The notes beneath the pieces are model-generated. The model was not told the DNA's origin and ran no database searches. It saw nothing but the letters and a program-made list of their open reading frames with translations. Source: Candidatus Kerfeldbacteria bacterium (lineage in GTDB: Bacteria > Patescibacteriota > Patescibacteriia > UBA9570 > XYC2-FULL-38-9). From it: a DNA stretch of 54,775 nt. Positions within the stretch are counted from its first letter, which is position 1; every line of letters starts with the position of its first letter. The stretch covers positions 1-54,775 of the forward strand of contig JAHBAR020000033.1 in the NCBI GenBank assembly GCA_018500015.2. The letters are read 5' to 3'. This document shows, piece after piece, positions 33,853 through 44,160 of this stretch. The translations under genes and the position numbers were made by a program.

Positions 33853-35379
33853 ATGAACGCCACAATTGCGCGAGATAAAGTGAAAAAAAGTGTGTTGAGA
33901 GTGCTCGCGTTTGTGCGATGGTGTGCGCGTGTAAGTGCGCCTACACGTGGAGCAATTCGTCGCGTTGTTGCGCCAGTGTTTGTTGAAGGAAATCCGTTCG
34001 TGGTGAGGCCTATCGTACTTTGGATTTTTTGGGGAGTGTTTGCTGTTGCGCTGATTGCCGCAGCTATCTGGATACGTGTTGATGTGCAAGCGCCCGGTAC
34101 CGTGGTTGCTATAAACGCCAAGCGTTTTATTCCTGACGTGCGCACCTCTATATATGTATGGTGTGCATTGTCAGTCGCACTCTATGTTTTAGTGTTTCGG
34201 TTTCAATACACAAAACGCCAAGCGCGCACAGCACAGATGCTCGCAGTTATGCTCTGCGGCATTGTTTTGGTCATTTGCCTTGGTATTCATCCAACGCGTT
34301 CACAAGATGCGTATTGGAGTTTGTTACTCGCGCGTGGAGCAACAGCTCACCATATGAATCCATACACCACAACGCCAAACATGCTTGTGCGAGATGGATG
34401 GTCTGCGAGTGTGATAAGTTGGCGCACGCAAACTATGTCGCATGGAGTGTTGTGGACGGTGCCTCTTATGGGGATCACGTTGCTTACGACACAGTTAACG
34501 ACCGCGCTTGTGTACACAAAATTATTTTTGTATATCGGACTTATTGCGGTGTACGCGGTGTTGTGGTGGATATTATCGCATGATGAAAACAGGACCTTGA
34601 TTGAATCGCGCAAGTTGTGGATATTCCTTGTATTGCAGCCGATGTGGTTTCAGTACATTGCGATTGATATGCACAATGATGTGTGGGTTGCCCTTTCGCT
34701 CCTCGTGAGTTTTTGGTATCTCAAAAAAGAACGGTATCAAGCGAGCAGCATCGCCCTTATTCTTGGTGGATGTGTAAAATACGTACCGTTATTTTTGCTT
34801 CCTATTCCGATTATTCTCGCACTGCGTAAGGAAGGTTCGTGGAAAGCCATGCTCTCCAAGCAGCGCGCTACCATCGAATTACTCGTCGCATGCAGTATTA
34901 TTTTTTTCACCGTTCAATTTTCCAAATATACAACGCTGGGATTGTATACTGAAATTTTTGAGCGCGGACGAAAAGATTTTTTGCTTCTTGGGAGCCAAAT
35001 CGTTTCATTTTTTGTTGGAGGCCATGAAACGATTGTGCGTATCGTTGGTTTGCTTATGATGTTTGGCGTGCTTGCGTACTACATCAAACAAAAAAAATAT
35101 GTGCATGCGTATGTTGTCCCATTTGTTGTCTTACTCATTTGCGGTACGCCGTGGTTTCAGTCATGGTACGCACTGTGGATCTTGCCATTGGCTATTATGC
35201 TTTTTTCCCCGCGTGTTATGACCATTGCCGTAACCGCGCTATTGTTCATGTTTGAAATTATTATGCCCTCACAGATCAGTGTGTACATAGTACTTTGTTG
35301 TGCACTGCTTGCTGTCATATACATCTGCGCTGCGCTGGTGCGTAGCATTCGTACACCAAAAATCACCAAAATAGTATGA
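33853..35379 (+). CDS. GT-C membrane glycosyltransferase (MptA/MptB-like)
   Basis: Multi-TM; RSQDAYW, NPYTTTP, DMHNDVW, VKY, PWFQSWY. Confidence 0.7.
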   Translation: MNATIARDKVKKSVLRVLAFVRWCARVSAPTRGAIRRVVAPVFVEGNPFVVRPIVLWIFWGVFAVALIAAAIWIRVDVQAPGTVVAINAKRFIPDVRTSIYVWCALSVALYVLVFRFQYTKRQARTAQMLAVMLCGIVLVICLGIHPTRSQDAYWSLLLARGATAHHMNPYTTTPNMLVRDGWSASVISWRTQTMSHGVLWTVPLMGITLLTTQLTTALVYTKLFLYIGLIAVYAVLWWILSHDENRTLIESRKLWIFLVLQPMWFQYIAIDMHNDVWVALSLLVSFWYLKKERYQASSIALILGGCVKYVPLFLLPIPIILALRKEGSWKAMLSKQRATIELLVACSIIFFTVQFSKYTTLGLYTEIFERGRKDFLLLGSQIVSFFVGGHETIVRIVGLLMMFGVLAYYIKQKKYVHAYVVPFVVLLICGTPWFQSWYALWILPLAIMLFSPRVMTIAVTALLFMFEIIMPSQISVYIVLCCALLAVIYICAALVRSIRTPKITKIV

Positions 35380-37445
35380 AGCGTTTGTGTATTATTGTTC
35401 CCGTGTTTAATGAGGAGGGTGTTTTGAAGAGCTCGATTGATATATTGATGAGCGAGGTTATCCCTGACTTGAAGCGGCGTGACTACGATCCCTATATTGT
35501 CATTGCGCTCAACGGTTCAAATGATGCGACACAACATGTCGCACACACTTCAGTTGAAGCACATGCTGGTGTCGTGAGCGCACAAGTGATTACAGGAAAG
35601 GGAAGGGGTCGTGCAATTCAAGAGGTGTGCGCAAAGGAAAATGCAGAGATGTATGCATACATTGATGTTGACCTTCCTATTCCACTTAATGAATTTTGGC
35701 GCGTACTTGAGCCGGTGATGAATCAGCGTGCAGATATTGCACTTGGAAAGCGCGCAGGGAAGCGACCGCTGTTGCGTCGAATTATGACACGCGGTTTTCG
35801 ACTGTTAAACACCGTTACCTCAGGTGTCTCAGTACAAGATGCGCAGTGCGGTGTTAAAGCATGGACAGCAGAGGTTGCGCGCACATTCATTACTCAGTGC
35901 ACAGAAAAAGGATTTTTTTTCGATACAGAACTTTTAGCACGTGTTCAACAAGCCCAAAAGCGTATTCAAGAAGTTTCAATGGAGTGGATTGATACTCGCT
36001 TCGATGGCCGAAAAAGTTCTGTCCGACCATTCAGTGATTCGCTACGCGCATTGTGTGCAACAGTTCGTATTCTTGTGAATACTCAAGGGTATTGGGGATA
36101 CACACTCGTCGCGCTCTGTATTCTTTCACTCTGTTACGTTGGGCAGTATGTCTATGCCCACACCTACCTTCAGCCGGAGAATTTTCTTGTCGCACATCAT
36201 CTCGCAAATTTTGCTTTGCCGTTGGTGTACTCTATGTTTGGCATCGTATTATTTTATGTGATGTATGGCGTTGTCATATCTTTTGCGCGCATATCATCTG
36301 TGCATGCACGCGCTCTTATTGTGTTGAGTGTTGTGTGCGCAGTGCTCATTGCGTGTGTCACTCTCACCATGCATCCAACACGTTCGCAAGATGTGTATTG
36401 GAATCTTGTATTATCACGCGGTGCTACAGAGTTTCAACTGAATCCGTATACTACAACGCCAGATACGATTCCACTGACGACATGGAGTGAGCCTGTACGT
36501 GATTGGCGTTGGCTCCCTATGACTCACGGACCTGTGTGGGTCACGATGCTACATGTCGTGACATCGTTCACTGATGATCTTGCTGTTGCCCTTGTGTTAC
36601 TGCGCCTGTTTTTTATCACAGCTCTTTGCTCAACATTCTATGCAGCGTATCGAATTCTTGAGCGGGTGTGCACCGACCTTGTTCGTCGTGCTCGTGTATT
36701 CTCTCTCCTTATTCTTAATCCGTTATGGTTTCAAATGGGGCTCATTGATTTGCATAACGATGTGTTTATTGCCTGTGCAATTGTATGGGCGTGTTACGCC
36801 TTGTTACAAAAAAAATATCACCTCAGTATCATTGCTCTGGTTATTGGAGGTCTTATTAAATATACGCCATGGATGCTCCTTCCTGTACCGTTGTATTATG
36901 CGTGGTCTGAGCGCAAAAGCGTCACTGCGTACCTCAAAACATATCTTCCAATTTTGTGTGCGAGCGCTATCGGTGTAACTCTTATCTGCGCATATTTTGG
37001 ACTGCTCTCCGGCGCACCAATTGGTTTAAGTAATGAAATTATTGAACGCGGAACACAACAGTACTCTCTGTTTGGCACATTGCTTTTACAAAAAATGTTT
37101 CCACACGCGGAAAATATCATGAAAGGAGTTGTATATGTATCTGCATGTATCGCGTTGATTATCGCCATGATCAAAAGAAAAACGCTTCTTGCATTCACTC
37201 TTCCATTTTGTATTATTTTTGTATGTGGAACATCATGGTTTCAGGTGTGGTACGTGCTATGGATTTTTGCTCTTCTTGTCCCGTTACTCCCGCTCTCCGT
37301 GACTCTCCTCCTCACCATCATGCTCTTTCCAATGGGTGATGTGTTATATCCAAATAGCTCTGTAGTTTTTCTTGTCCTCGCATGCATTGTGTATGGCGCT
37401 CTGTGGTTTGTAAAAAAATATATTCTTATCCCACTGCGGGCTTAA
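35376..37445 (+). CDS. GT2 polyprenol-phosphate sugar synthase fused to a GT-C domain
   Basis: IIVPVFNEE, KGRGRAI, YIDVDL, DAQCGVKA, FFFDTELL; then RSQDVYW, NPYTTTP, DLHNDVF, WFQVWY. Confidence 0.8.
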   Translation: MKRLCIIVPVFNEEGVLKSSIDILMSEVIPDLKRRDYDPYIVIALNGSNDATQHVAHTSVEAHAGVVSAQVITGKGRGRAIQEVCAKENAEMYAYIDVDLPIPLNEFWRVLEPVMNQRADIALGKRAGKRPLLRRIMTRGFRLLNTVTSGVSVQDAQCGVKAWTAEVARTFITQCTEKGFFFDTELLARVQQAQKRIQEVSMEWIDTRFDGRKSSVRPFSDSLRALCATVRILVNTQGYWGYTLVALCILSLCYVGQYVYAHTYLQPENFLVAHHLANFALPLVYSMFGIVLFYVMYGVVISFARISSVHARALIVLSVVCAVLIACVTLTMHPTRSQDVYWNLVLSRGATEFQLNPYTTTPDTIPLTTWSEPVRDWRWLPMTHGPVWVTMLHVVTSFTDDLAVALVLLRLFFITALCSTFYAAYRILERVCTDLVRRARVFSLLILNPLWFQMGLIDLHNDVFIACAIVWACYALLQKKYHLSIIALVIGGLIKYTPWMLLPVPLYYAWSERKSVTAYLKTYLPILCASAIGVTLICAYFGLLSGAPIGLSNEIIERGTQQYSLFGTLLLQKMFPHAENIMKGVVYVSACIALIIAMIKRKTLLAFTLPFCIIFVCGTSWFQVWYVLWIFALLVPLLPLSVTLLLTIMLFPMGDVLYPNSSVVFLVLACIVYGALWFVKKYILIPLRA

Positions 37446-38754
37446 GTGATTGTTGGAGTACAATTGTTTTTTCTGGATAATAGTGTTCGCGTACAATCCC
37501 GGCCATGTAGAGCGAGCCTGTCACAAGAATGCAATCATTTGCATTTGCTCGAGCAAGAGCTGAATGAAGAGCGGCGAGCGGATTTTTTTCTTCGATAATC
37601 TCAAGAGAAGATGCACGCTGAGCAATGGCGTATTTCATCTCTTCGGTCGAGTGTGAAGAAAAGCCAGGGAGATGAAATTCTGTGCACCAGAGTGTAGAAA
37701 TTTTTGAGAGTAGAGGAGTGAGATTCTCAAGTGGATCTTTGCTGTATTTTGCGGAGTAGATGACAAATAGTCTGTTATATGTGAGAGTTGAAACATATTC
37801 TGCGAGCGCTCGCATCTTGATTACCGAGTGTGCGCCATCAATGATGACTAGAGGGTTGCGCTGCATCACCTCGCATCGTGCCGGGAGAAATGCTCTTTGC
37901 ATGCCGAGCTGTTGTGCTTGTAGAGAAACTCCGAGCGATTCCACCACTGCGCATGCGAGCGCAGAGTTGTGCGATTGATGAGCGCCCGGCATATCGGAGT
38001 TGTTTTCTTGTGAAGGTGCAATGTAGTGCACGGTTAATCCATACAGCGCAGCCTCATGGTCAAACACTGCGCGTACATCTTCACTCTGTTGAGCGCTAAA
38101 TACTGTGCAGCCGGTATGGATAATTCCGGCTTTGTGTGCAGCAATCTCAGGTACCGTGTTACCTAAAATATTCATGTGGTCCAAACCAATAGGTGTGAGT
38201 ACGCATGTTGTTGGTTGTGAAAAAATATTCGTGTAATCAAATTTCCCGCCACATCCAACTTCTGTAACAAGCCATTCCACGCCAGCTTGAGCACAACACT
38301 CCACGCCAATTGCGTAGAGTGTTTCAGAGTATGATGGTATTTCAGTGTCGTTCATTTTTTCCACATCATCCAAAATATCGTTTGCGACACGAATAAATAT
38401 ATTTGGATCACAGAGCTTGCCGTTGATCCATACGTCTTCAAGCGTTGTGGTGACAAACGGCGAGGTGATGAGCCCTGCACTATATCCTTGAGCATGGAGC
38501 ATGTGCGCAATGAGTGAGGCTGTTGATCCTTTGCCTGCGGTACCGGCAACATGTATAACACGAAAACGATTTTGTGGATTTCCTCTACGTGCAAAAAAAT
38601 GTCGCGTACACTCAAGACGTGTTTCGTGAGTTACTTGACTCTGCATATAATCAGATGTGGAACGTTGAATGAGTGTTTGTAAACGCTCGACAGTTTTTTT
38701 ATACGCGTCGAACAGCGAGGAATTCTCCGGAAGGGGTGAGTGTGATGTAACCAT
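37426..38754 (-). CDS. folC: Folylpolyglutamate/dihydrofolate synthase
   Basis: IHVAGTAGKGST, EVGCGGKFDYTN, IGLDH, IDGAHS, VTGSLY. Confidence 0.9.
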   Translation of the reverse strand: MVTSHSPLPENSSLFDAYKKTVERLQTLIQRSTSDYMQSQVTHETRLECTRHFFARRGNPQNRFRVIHVAGTAGKGSTASLIAHMLHAQGYSAGLITSPFVTTTLEDVWINGKLCDPNIFIRVANDILDDVEKMNDTEIPSYSETLYAIGVECCAQAGVEWLVTEVGCGGKFDYTNIFSQPTTCVLTPIGLDHMNILGNTVPEIAAHKAGIIHTGCTVFSAQQSEDVRAVFDHEAALYGLTVHYIAPSQENNSDMPGAHQSHNSALACAVVESLGVSLQAQQLGMQRAFLPARCEVMQRNPLVIIDGAHSVIKMRALAEYVSTLTYNRLFVIYSAKYSKDPLENLTPLLSKISTLWCTEFHLPGFSSHSTEEMKYAIAQRASSLEIIEEKNPLAALHSALARANANDCILVTGSLYMAGIVREHYYPEKTIVLQQSLKPAVG

Positions 38755-39565
38755 TGAGCAACAGTCTACCTACATGTTCATGAAGTGTCGAGAGCGGGAG
38801 AGTGCAGTGTATGAGGAGCATGTCGAGCGATTGTGCCTGTGAACACAATTCAACAATCTTTTTTTCTTCAGGCGCAAGGTGTGAAATAGTGTCTGTATAT
38901 GATATGCGCGCAAACAACTCTTCAAAGCTGTTGTGATTGATCCATGGAATTGCGCCACGTTGAATAAGTCCAAGAGTTCCTTGTGATTGTGGTGAAAAAA
39001 TCGATCCGGGTACGGCATATACCTCACGATTGTTGTCGAGCGCACTGTATGCGGTGATAAGACTTCCACTTTTTTCTTTTGCCTCTACCACACACGTGGC
39101 TTGTGTGAGTCCGGCAATGATCCGATTGCGCAACGGAAAGGCCCCCTTATGAGGCTTTGTCCCTTCTGGATACTCTGAAATGAGTAGCCCATGTTGTTGA
39201 ATAATACGTTGTGCAAGTCGCACATGCGCGCGTGGATACACAGAGGCATCATCAACGCTTGAGCCTAACACGGCGATGGTTTTGCCGCGCGATTCAAGTG
39301 TGTGCGTGTGGACGCGCGCATCAATACCAAACGCAAGTCCGCTGACTGTCACCACATCACGAGCAACGCATGCCTCTACGACACTGTCTGTGGCAGACAA
39401 GCCATAGGGTGTTGGTGTTCTACTACCGACAATCGCGCACAATTTTTGAGCTTGCAAGAGTTTTTTATCACCACGACAATACAAAGTCTGTGGCGGTGCA
39501 ATACTTTCGCGCAAAAGGTGTGGATAATTATCGTCTGTTTTTTTGATACAAAAAATCTCTGACAT
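38699..39565 (-). CDS. dprA: DNA-processing protein DprA
   Basis: AIVGSR, VSGLAFGID, ISEYP, FPLRNRIIAGL, SGSLITA. Confidence 0.93.
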   Translation of the reverse strand: MSEIFCIKKTDDNYPHLLRESIAPPQTLYCRGDKKLLQAQKLCAIVGSRTPTPYGLSATDSVVEACVARDVVTVSGLAFGIDARVHTHTLESRGKTIAVLGSSVDDASVYPRAHVRLAQRIIQQHGLLISEYPEGTKPHKGAFPLRNRIIAGLTQATCVVEAKEKSGSLITAYSALDNNREVYAVPGSIFSPQSQGTLGLIQRGAIPWINHNSFEELFARISYTDTISHLAPEEKKIVELCSQAQSLDMLLIHCTLPLSTLHEHVGRLLLNGYITLTPSGEFLAVRRV

Positions 39566-39621
39566 ACATATATACACGTCAGAGAGGTCGTTCACAAAAA
39601 GAGTAGCATAGTATATACTTT

Positions 39622-40365
39622 ATGAAAAGTATGGCATTACGAAACAACATATTGATAATTTGCGGCTGCGCTTTTGTTGTCGTGTGTATTGTCGTTGGTG
39701 TTATTGTGCACAATGATGGTGGGCGTATTATGATTACACACCAACTTATTGGACAAGACGGCGAGCAATTTGAGCTGCGAGAGTTTGCACGCACCAATGC
39801 GCGTATAGCGGTGATTTTGCTCCCCAACTCTTCTCAATCTCAAAGTGAATTGTTCAGTATTGCACAACAATTTCAAAATGAAGGATTTGCTACAATGACT
39901 ATAGACTGGCGTGGGCATGCAGACGGAAGTAACGCTCGTTTTTCCTCTTCTGAGTGGTCGGCGACGGCGTATGATGTTGATGCTGCTGTAGGTTTTACAC
40001 AACATAAATATCCAAAAGCGAAGATTGTACTTGCCGGCGGAAGCTTTGGTGCCGTTCAGTCGATTGCATATGCCGCCACACACAGTGACATCTCTGGCGT
40101 GATTGCTCTTTCTCCACGTCCCGCAATTCATGGTGTATCTATCGCACTGGCAATTACCCAGCTTACTAAACCTATTTTAGTCATTGAGTACCATCCAGTT
40201 GATGACACCACAACTCAATTTCCCGGATACGCACTTCTCCAAACATCTCCAAGCACTAAAAAAACCTATCAAGCAGCAATCACTCAAGCCTCTGGATGGA
40301 ATGTAGTTATCGATCAAGAGGATGTCATACGCGGCTTGATTGATTGGATTAAGCAAAATATATAA
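39622..40365 (+). CDS. Membrane-anchored alpha/beta hydrolase fold protein
   Basis: IDWRGHA and GGSFGA nucleophile elbow; no obvious catalytic His. Confidence 0.75.
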   Translation: MKSMALRNNILIICGCAFVVVCIVVGVIVHNDGGRIMITHQLIGQDGEQFELREFARTNARIAVILLPNSSQSQSELFSIAQQFQNEGFATMTIDWRGHADGSNARFSSSEWSATAYDVDAAVGFTQHKYPKAKIVLAGGSFGAVQSIAYAATHSDISGVIALSPRPAIHGVSIALAITQLTKPILVIEYHPVDDTTTQFPGYALLQTSPSTKKTYQAAITQASGWNVVIDQEDVIRGLIDWIKQNI

Positions 40366-40368
40366 CGT

Positions 40369-41661
40369 ATGCAGCAGCTCCACACCTCTCAAGTGTTTTC
40401 ACGAGTGGTGCGCGCCACGCCTACCGCCTTGCTGAACGTCATCATCGCACTTGGGATATATAATTTTGGATGGGGGTTTGCCGATCCATTTTTTTCTCAA
40501 TTTCTTCGTACGTTTTCCGACCACTATACCGTGATTGGTTTGCTTGCTGCAGTCATAAACGCCATCACGATTGTGATGGTCATCCCTGTTGGCGGTTTGC
40601 TTGAACGTATCTCACGTCGCCAAGTACTCGACATCGGGCGCCTTGGATACGTATGTGTTGGCGTGCTCTATGTTTGCGCCGGTGCATTTCATTCTTTGCC
40701 GTTGTTGGTGGTTGCATTAATGTGCAACGGATTTTTTTTACCATTCGTGTGGACGAGCGTGATCGCAACCGTTGAAAGTGAAAGCACAAAAGAAAATGCA
40801 AGCATGATGTACGGCTTTTACACTACGATGCGGCAATTGTTGTGGGCATTAGGATTATTATGTGCCTTGTGTCTTTTGCCCTACATACCATTATATGGCT
40901 TGTTTATTCCGGTGATTATTTTCCCGTTGATCAGTTTTTGGTATTCGCGAAAATTGCCCGACCCTCAAGAGCGTGCATCGGCTGCGCGTATCGCTTCCAT
41001 ACTGCTCTCGCCGTGGATGTTGCTACGCAGTTTTTACCGTGATGCGTTGCAATTTCCGCGTGAGTTGTGGATTGCATACACCATACATTTTTTTGTGCAT
41101 ATGATTTATACAGCGACCATTATTTTTTTACCGCTCTATGTGGTATCCCAAGGCCATCCAATGTTTTTAGCAGGAGTGCTTGCGTTCATTTTAACCATTC
41201 CGTTTATTATGAGCATGTTGTCGTCCGGCTTGCCGCAAGCTGCTGAGCATTGGCGTATGGCGGCTGTAGGAGTCGCAATATTCACCGTAGGATTTTTTGG
41301 ACTCTCATTTTTTCACACTTCATTTCAAGCGATTGCATTCTGGGGGCTATGTGTAATGTGTGGATACGCATGCGTCATCCCGGCGCTTGGAGGGATCATC
41401 ACCGCGACCACTCCGCGCCCGGTGATTGGCACAAGTTCAGCGATGGTTGACATCACGGAGTTTGGAGCGGCGCTTGTCGCGGCGCCGACAATCGGCTTTG
41501 TGATTGACACCTTTTCTTGGCAGAACTTTTTTTTCTCCATCACGGTGTATTGCGGTATGCTCACGTTGGCTGTGATCGCAATTCGCCGCGCCTTTCGTCT
41601 TGCCGATATTCGTTTTATGCACAGACATCCACATATGAATAAACGCCCATACGTGCTATGA
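40369..41661 (+). CDS. MFS transporter
   Basis: About 12 TM; motif A-like GGLLERISRR. Confidence 0.85.
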   Translation: MQQLHTSQVFSRVVRATPTALLNVIIALGIYNFGWGFADPFFSQFLRTFSDHYTVIGLLAAVINAITIVMVIPVGGLLERISRRQVLDIGRLGYVCVGVLYVCAGAFHSLPLLVVALMCNGFFLPFVWTSVIATVESESTKENASMMYGFYTTMRQLLWALGLLCALCLLPYIPLYGLFIPVIIFPLISFWYSRKLPDPQERASAARIASILLSPWMLLRSFYRDALQFPRELWIAYTIHFFVHMIYTATIIFLPLYVVSQGHPMFLAGVLAFILTIPFIMSMLSSGLPQAAEHWRMAAVGVAIFTVGFFGLSFFHTSFQAIAFWGLCVMCGYACVIPALGGIITATTPRPVIGTSSAMVDITEFGAALVAAPTIGFVIDTFSWQNFFFSITVYCGMLTLAVIAIRRAFRLADIRFMHRHPHMNKRPYVL

Positions 41662-42470
41662 ACGACATACAATCTACACTCTGCGACAACATTGTAAATG
41701 CGCTCAAAAAAACAGGACAGTGCACGCTCATTGTTGTGTATGGCGAATTAGCGCGTGATGAAGGCGACGATCTCTCGAGTGTTGAAATTGCAGTGATCGT
41801 AGAACGAACGCTCGCACAAGATCTCCTGCATGCACGCGAGCAGTGGGCAACGCGCTTTGGGGCAGTGCTCTCTGTACAGTATCCTGCAGAAGGTGATTGG
41901 GAGCACACGATCGATATTCTTTTTGATGAAAGCCTCGACTTACTACATCTACGATTGAGTGTGTTTGAAAAAAATGAACGTGATGAGTGTGTAGAAATGT
42001 TAGCACACATTTCGCAACGCATTCTTTTTCACGATCCGCTCTTTCATTGGAAAGAAGAGGTGGGCGAGAAGTGGTCGCGCGACGAGCGGCGAGTGTATGC
42101 AGAAGAACGTGTGCGCATTGCGTGGCACCGCATTCCAGAAGTTGTGCGTGCGTGGAAGCGTGAGCGTATGCCTGAAGCCTTGAGCGCCTACGTTACTTCT
42201 CTCAATGACCTCGCTTTTCTTGTGCGTGTGCAAAAGGAGTTGTATCCTGTTGAGCGCGGTCTTGAAGATGTGTGTGTTGATGTAGATGATGCAACAGCAC
42301 GTATGTTTCAATCGCTTTCCACAGATTTGCGGACAAAAGAGTTTGGAAAAGTGTTGAGCAGTTTTTGTGACGCGCTTGAAGCAGTGCAAGAAGAGTTGCG
42401 AGCAGAGCTTGGGATTATTCCACCGTCAAAGGTCATTATTCGATCTATTCGTGAGTGTTGTGAAGTATGA
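41658..42470 (+). CDS. Nucleotidyltransferase-fold protein (degenerate)
   Basis: VVYGELARDEGDDLSSVEIAVIV resembles GSxARGxxDxxSDxD; helical C-domain. Confidence 0.55.
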   Translation: MNDIQSTLCDNIVNALKKTGQCTLIVVYGELARDEGDDLSSVEIAVIVERTLAQDLLHAREQWATRFGAVLSVQYPAEGDWEHTIDILFDESLDLLHLRLSVFEKNERDECVEMLAHISQRILFHDPLFHWKEEVGEKWSRDERRVYAEERVRIAWHRIPEVVRAWKRERMPEALSAYVTSLNDLAFLVRVQKELYPVERGLEDVCVDVDDATARMFQSLSTDLRTKEFGKVLSSFCDALEAVQEELRAELGIIPPSKVIIRSIRECCEV

Positions 42471-42700
42471 CATTTATTCAAAAAAATTCTGTTGAATCTT
42501 CAGAGACAGGGCAACCTTCACGTATGCAGATGCGTGCTCAAAGAATGCAGCGTGGTGTTCGTATCCCGTTGAATCGCGGTCATCGTCGTCCATGGTTTTG
42601 GCTTGGCGCAGGTCTTGCTATCGGCGTTGGGATTGTACTTTCTGTGTTTGGCATTGCGTGGAGTCGCGTGATTGATACCATTCATTCGCTTGGATTATGA
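42467..42700 (+). CDS. Small C-terminally anchored membrane protein
   Basis: ATGA overlaps on both sides; one TM helix. Confidence 0.6.
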   Translation: MTFIQKNSVESSETGQPSRMQMRAQRMQRGVRIPLNRGHRRPWFWLGAGLAIGVGIVLSVFGIAWSRVIDTIHSLGL

Positions 42701-43449
42701 AAGAAGAAGCATTGCGCGCAGTTGCGCACGAGTTAGATTTGAATGTTCAAAGCATTGATGGTGATTACGCTGTTGTAGATTTTCCACAAGCGCACACGAT
42801 TGGTGAGTTGTGCGTAGAAGAAACTTCCACAACGCACCCGTTGTTTGATGAATACAAGGTGCAAGAGCGTGTGTTCCGCGTGATGAAAGATTTTCGTTTT
42901 TTTCAACTGTGTTTGCCAGCCGTGTATGGCATGGGATGCGTTGATGACAAATGGGATTGGGTGTTGCGCAAGCGCTACACTGGCGAGACATATGCGCATG
43001 CACCGTATCCGCAGACGCTTGCGCGAGAGATGGCGGTTCTGGTGTTTGATCTCTCCCAAGTGCCGGTATTGAAATTCAAAAAAGATGTGGTGAGTGTGAA
43101 TTACACAGAGCAAGCACCGGAGTTTGCAGATTTTTTTGCACGCTCAGTTCCAACGCTCTATTGCATCACAAACGGCGCATGTATTCCTGAGTCGCTTATT
43201 CACTTAGAGGAATCGATCGTGCTCAACAATTGGACGAACGCTCGCATTGTTGCGCTCGAAGAGATCGTCGCAGAGCTCATACTGCATGTGTATCCCGATA
43301 CCGTTTGGCTCGATATGTTTATGCGAGAGCTTTCGAATTACGTGGATGTGAACAGTGAATGGCTTGAGTATATGCTGCTCTGTTGTGCTTCGCGCAATGG
43401 CAAAGTTGACGCGGCGCAAAAGTGTATTCAACAGTATGTCAAAAAGTGA
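42697..43449 (+). CDS. Aminoglycoside phosphotransferase/kinase-like fold (degenerate)
   Basis: LPAVYG, WVLRKRYTG, ITNGACIPESLI (HGDxxxxN-like), VLNNWTNAR (IDWExA-like). Confidence 0.5.
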   Translation: MKEEALRAVAHELDLNVQSIDGDYAVVDFPQAHTIGELCVEETSTTHPLFDEYKVQERVFRVMKDFRFFQLCLPAVYGMGCVDDKWDWVLRKRYTGETYAHAPYPQTLAREMAVLVFDLSQVPVLKFKKDVVSVNYTEQAPEFADFFARSVPTLYCITNGACIPESLIHLEESIVLNNWTNARIVALEEIVAELILHVYPDTVWLDMFMRELSNYVDVNSEWLEYMLLCCASRNGKVDAAQKCIQQYVKK

Positions 43450-43461
43450 TATAATAATGAT

Positions 43462-44160
43462 ATGCAAAGACACGAAGTTCAAGAATATTTTCCTCAGCTA
43501 AGCACTCTTATTGAGCAGTTTCCTGATACGCACCCACTGTGCGTTGCGCTTGCTGGTGTCTCATTACAAGATGCCAAGATGCGCAAAACACTTATCCCAA
43601 CACTTGAGCGCATTGCAGAGAACATCGCGTCTGTGGATAGGGATCAAGGGTTCCGTTTACGTTTGGCAGTGGCACGTACACATCAAGAGTTGATGAACAT
43701 TCTTTCGCAACTTTATGTGTCCTATTTGTATCGCGATCATGGTCCTCGCATGATTCACGGCAACACTCATTTTCATATTGAGCTTTCAATTGCCGATCAA
43801 CTCCTTGCGCTTGGTGTTGTGCAGCTGCATTCTTTAGACTCCCTTGCTCTGCAGTTTCGTGACGAGATTGATGATGTGGAGACATTTATGCAGACACTCG
43901 CGACGCATGTACATGAGATGCACAAGCACGACACGGCGCATCATCATGTGCTCGCGGCTGTCTCTACACATCCAAGTTTGAGTAAAGAGATCGCACTACG
44001 TCGCTATGTGCAAGAACATCGTGACGAAATGACAAATGTGTTTCCGCATGTTTCTGGAGTCGTGCTCATTCACGCATTGCCTGATAAAGAAGAGGCAACC
44101 TTTGTTCCATTCCACGTTCCTAACTCTCAAGTTGAATGGATGCTTTCTAAGCAGTCATAA
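43462..44160 (+). CDS. Hypothetical protein
   Basis: Clean ORF after TGaTATAAT; His-rich. Confidence 0.65.
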   Translation: MQRHEVQEYFPQLSTLIEQFPDTHPLCVALAGVSLQDAKMRKTLIPTLERIAENIASVDRDQGFRLRLAVARTHQELMNILSQLYVSYLYRDHGPRMIHGNTHFHIELSIADQLLALGVVQLHSLDSLALQFRDEIDDVETFMQTLATHVHEMHKHDTAHHHVLAAVSTHPSLSKEIALRRYVQEHRDEMTNVFPHVSGVVLIHALPDKEEATFVPFHVPNSQVEWMLSKQS

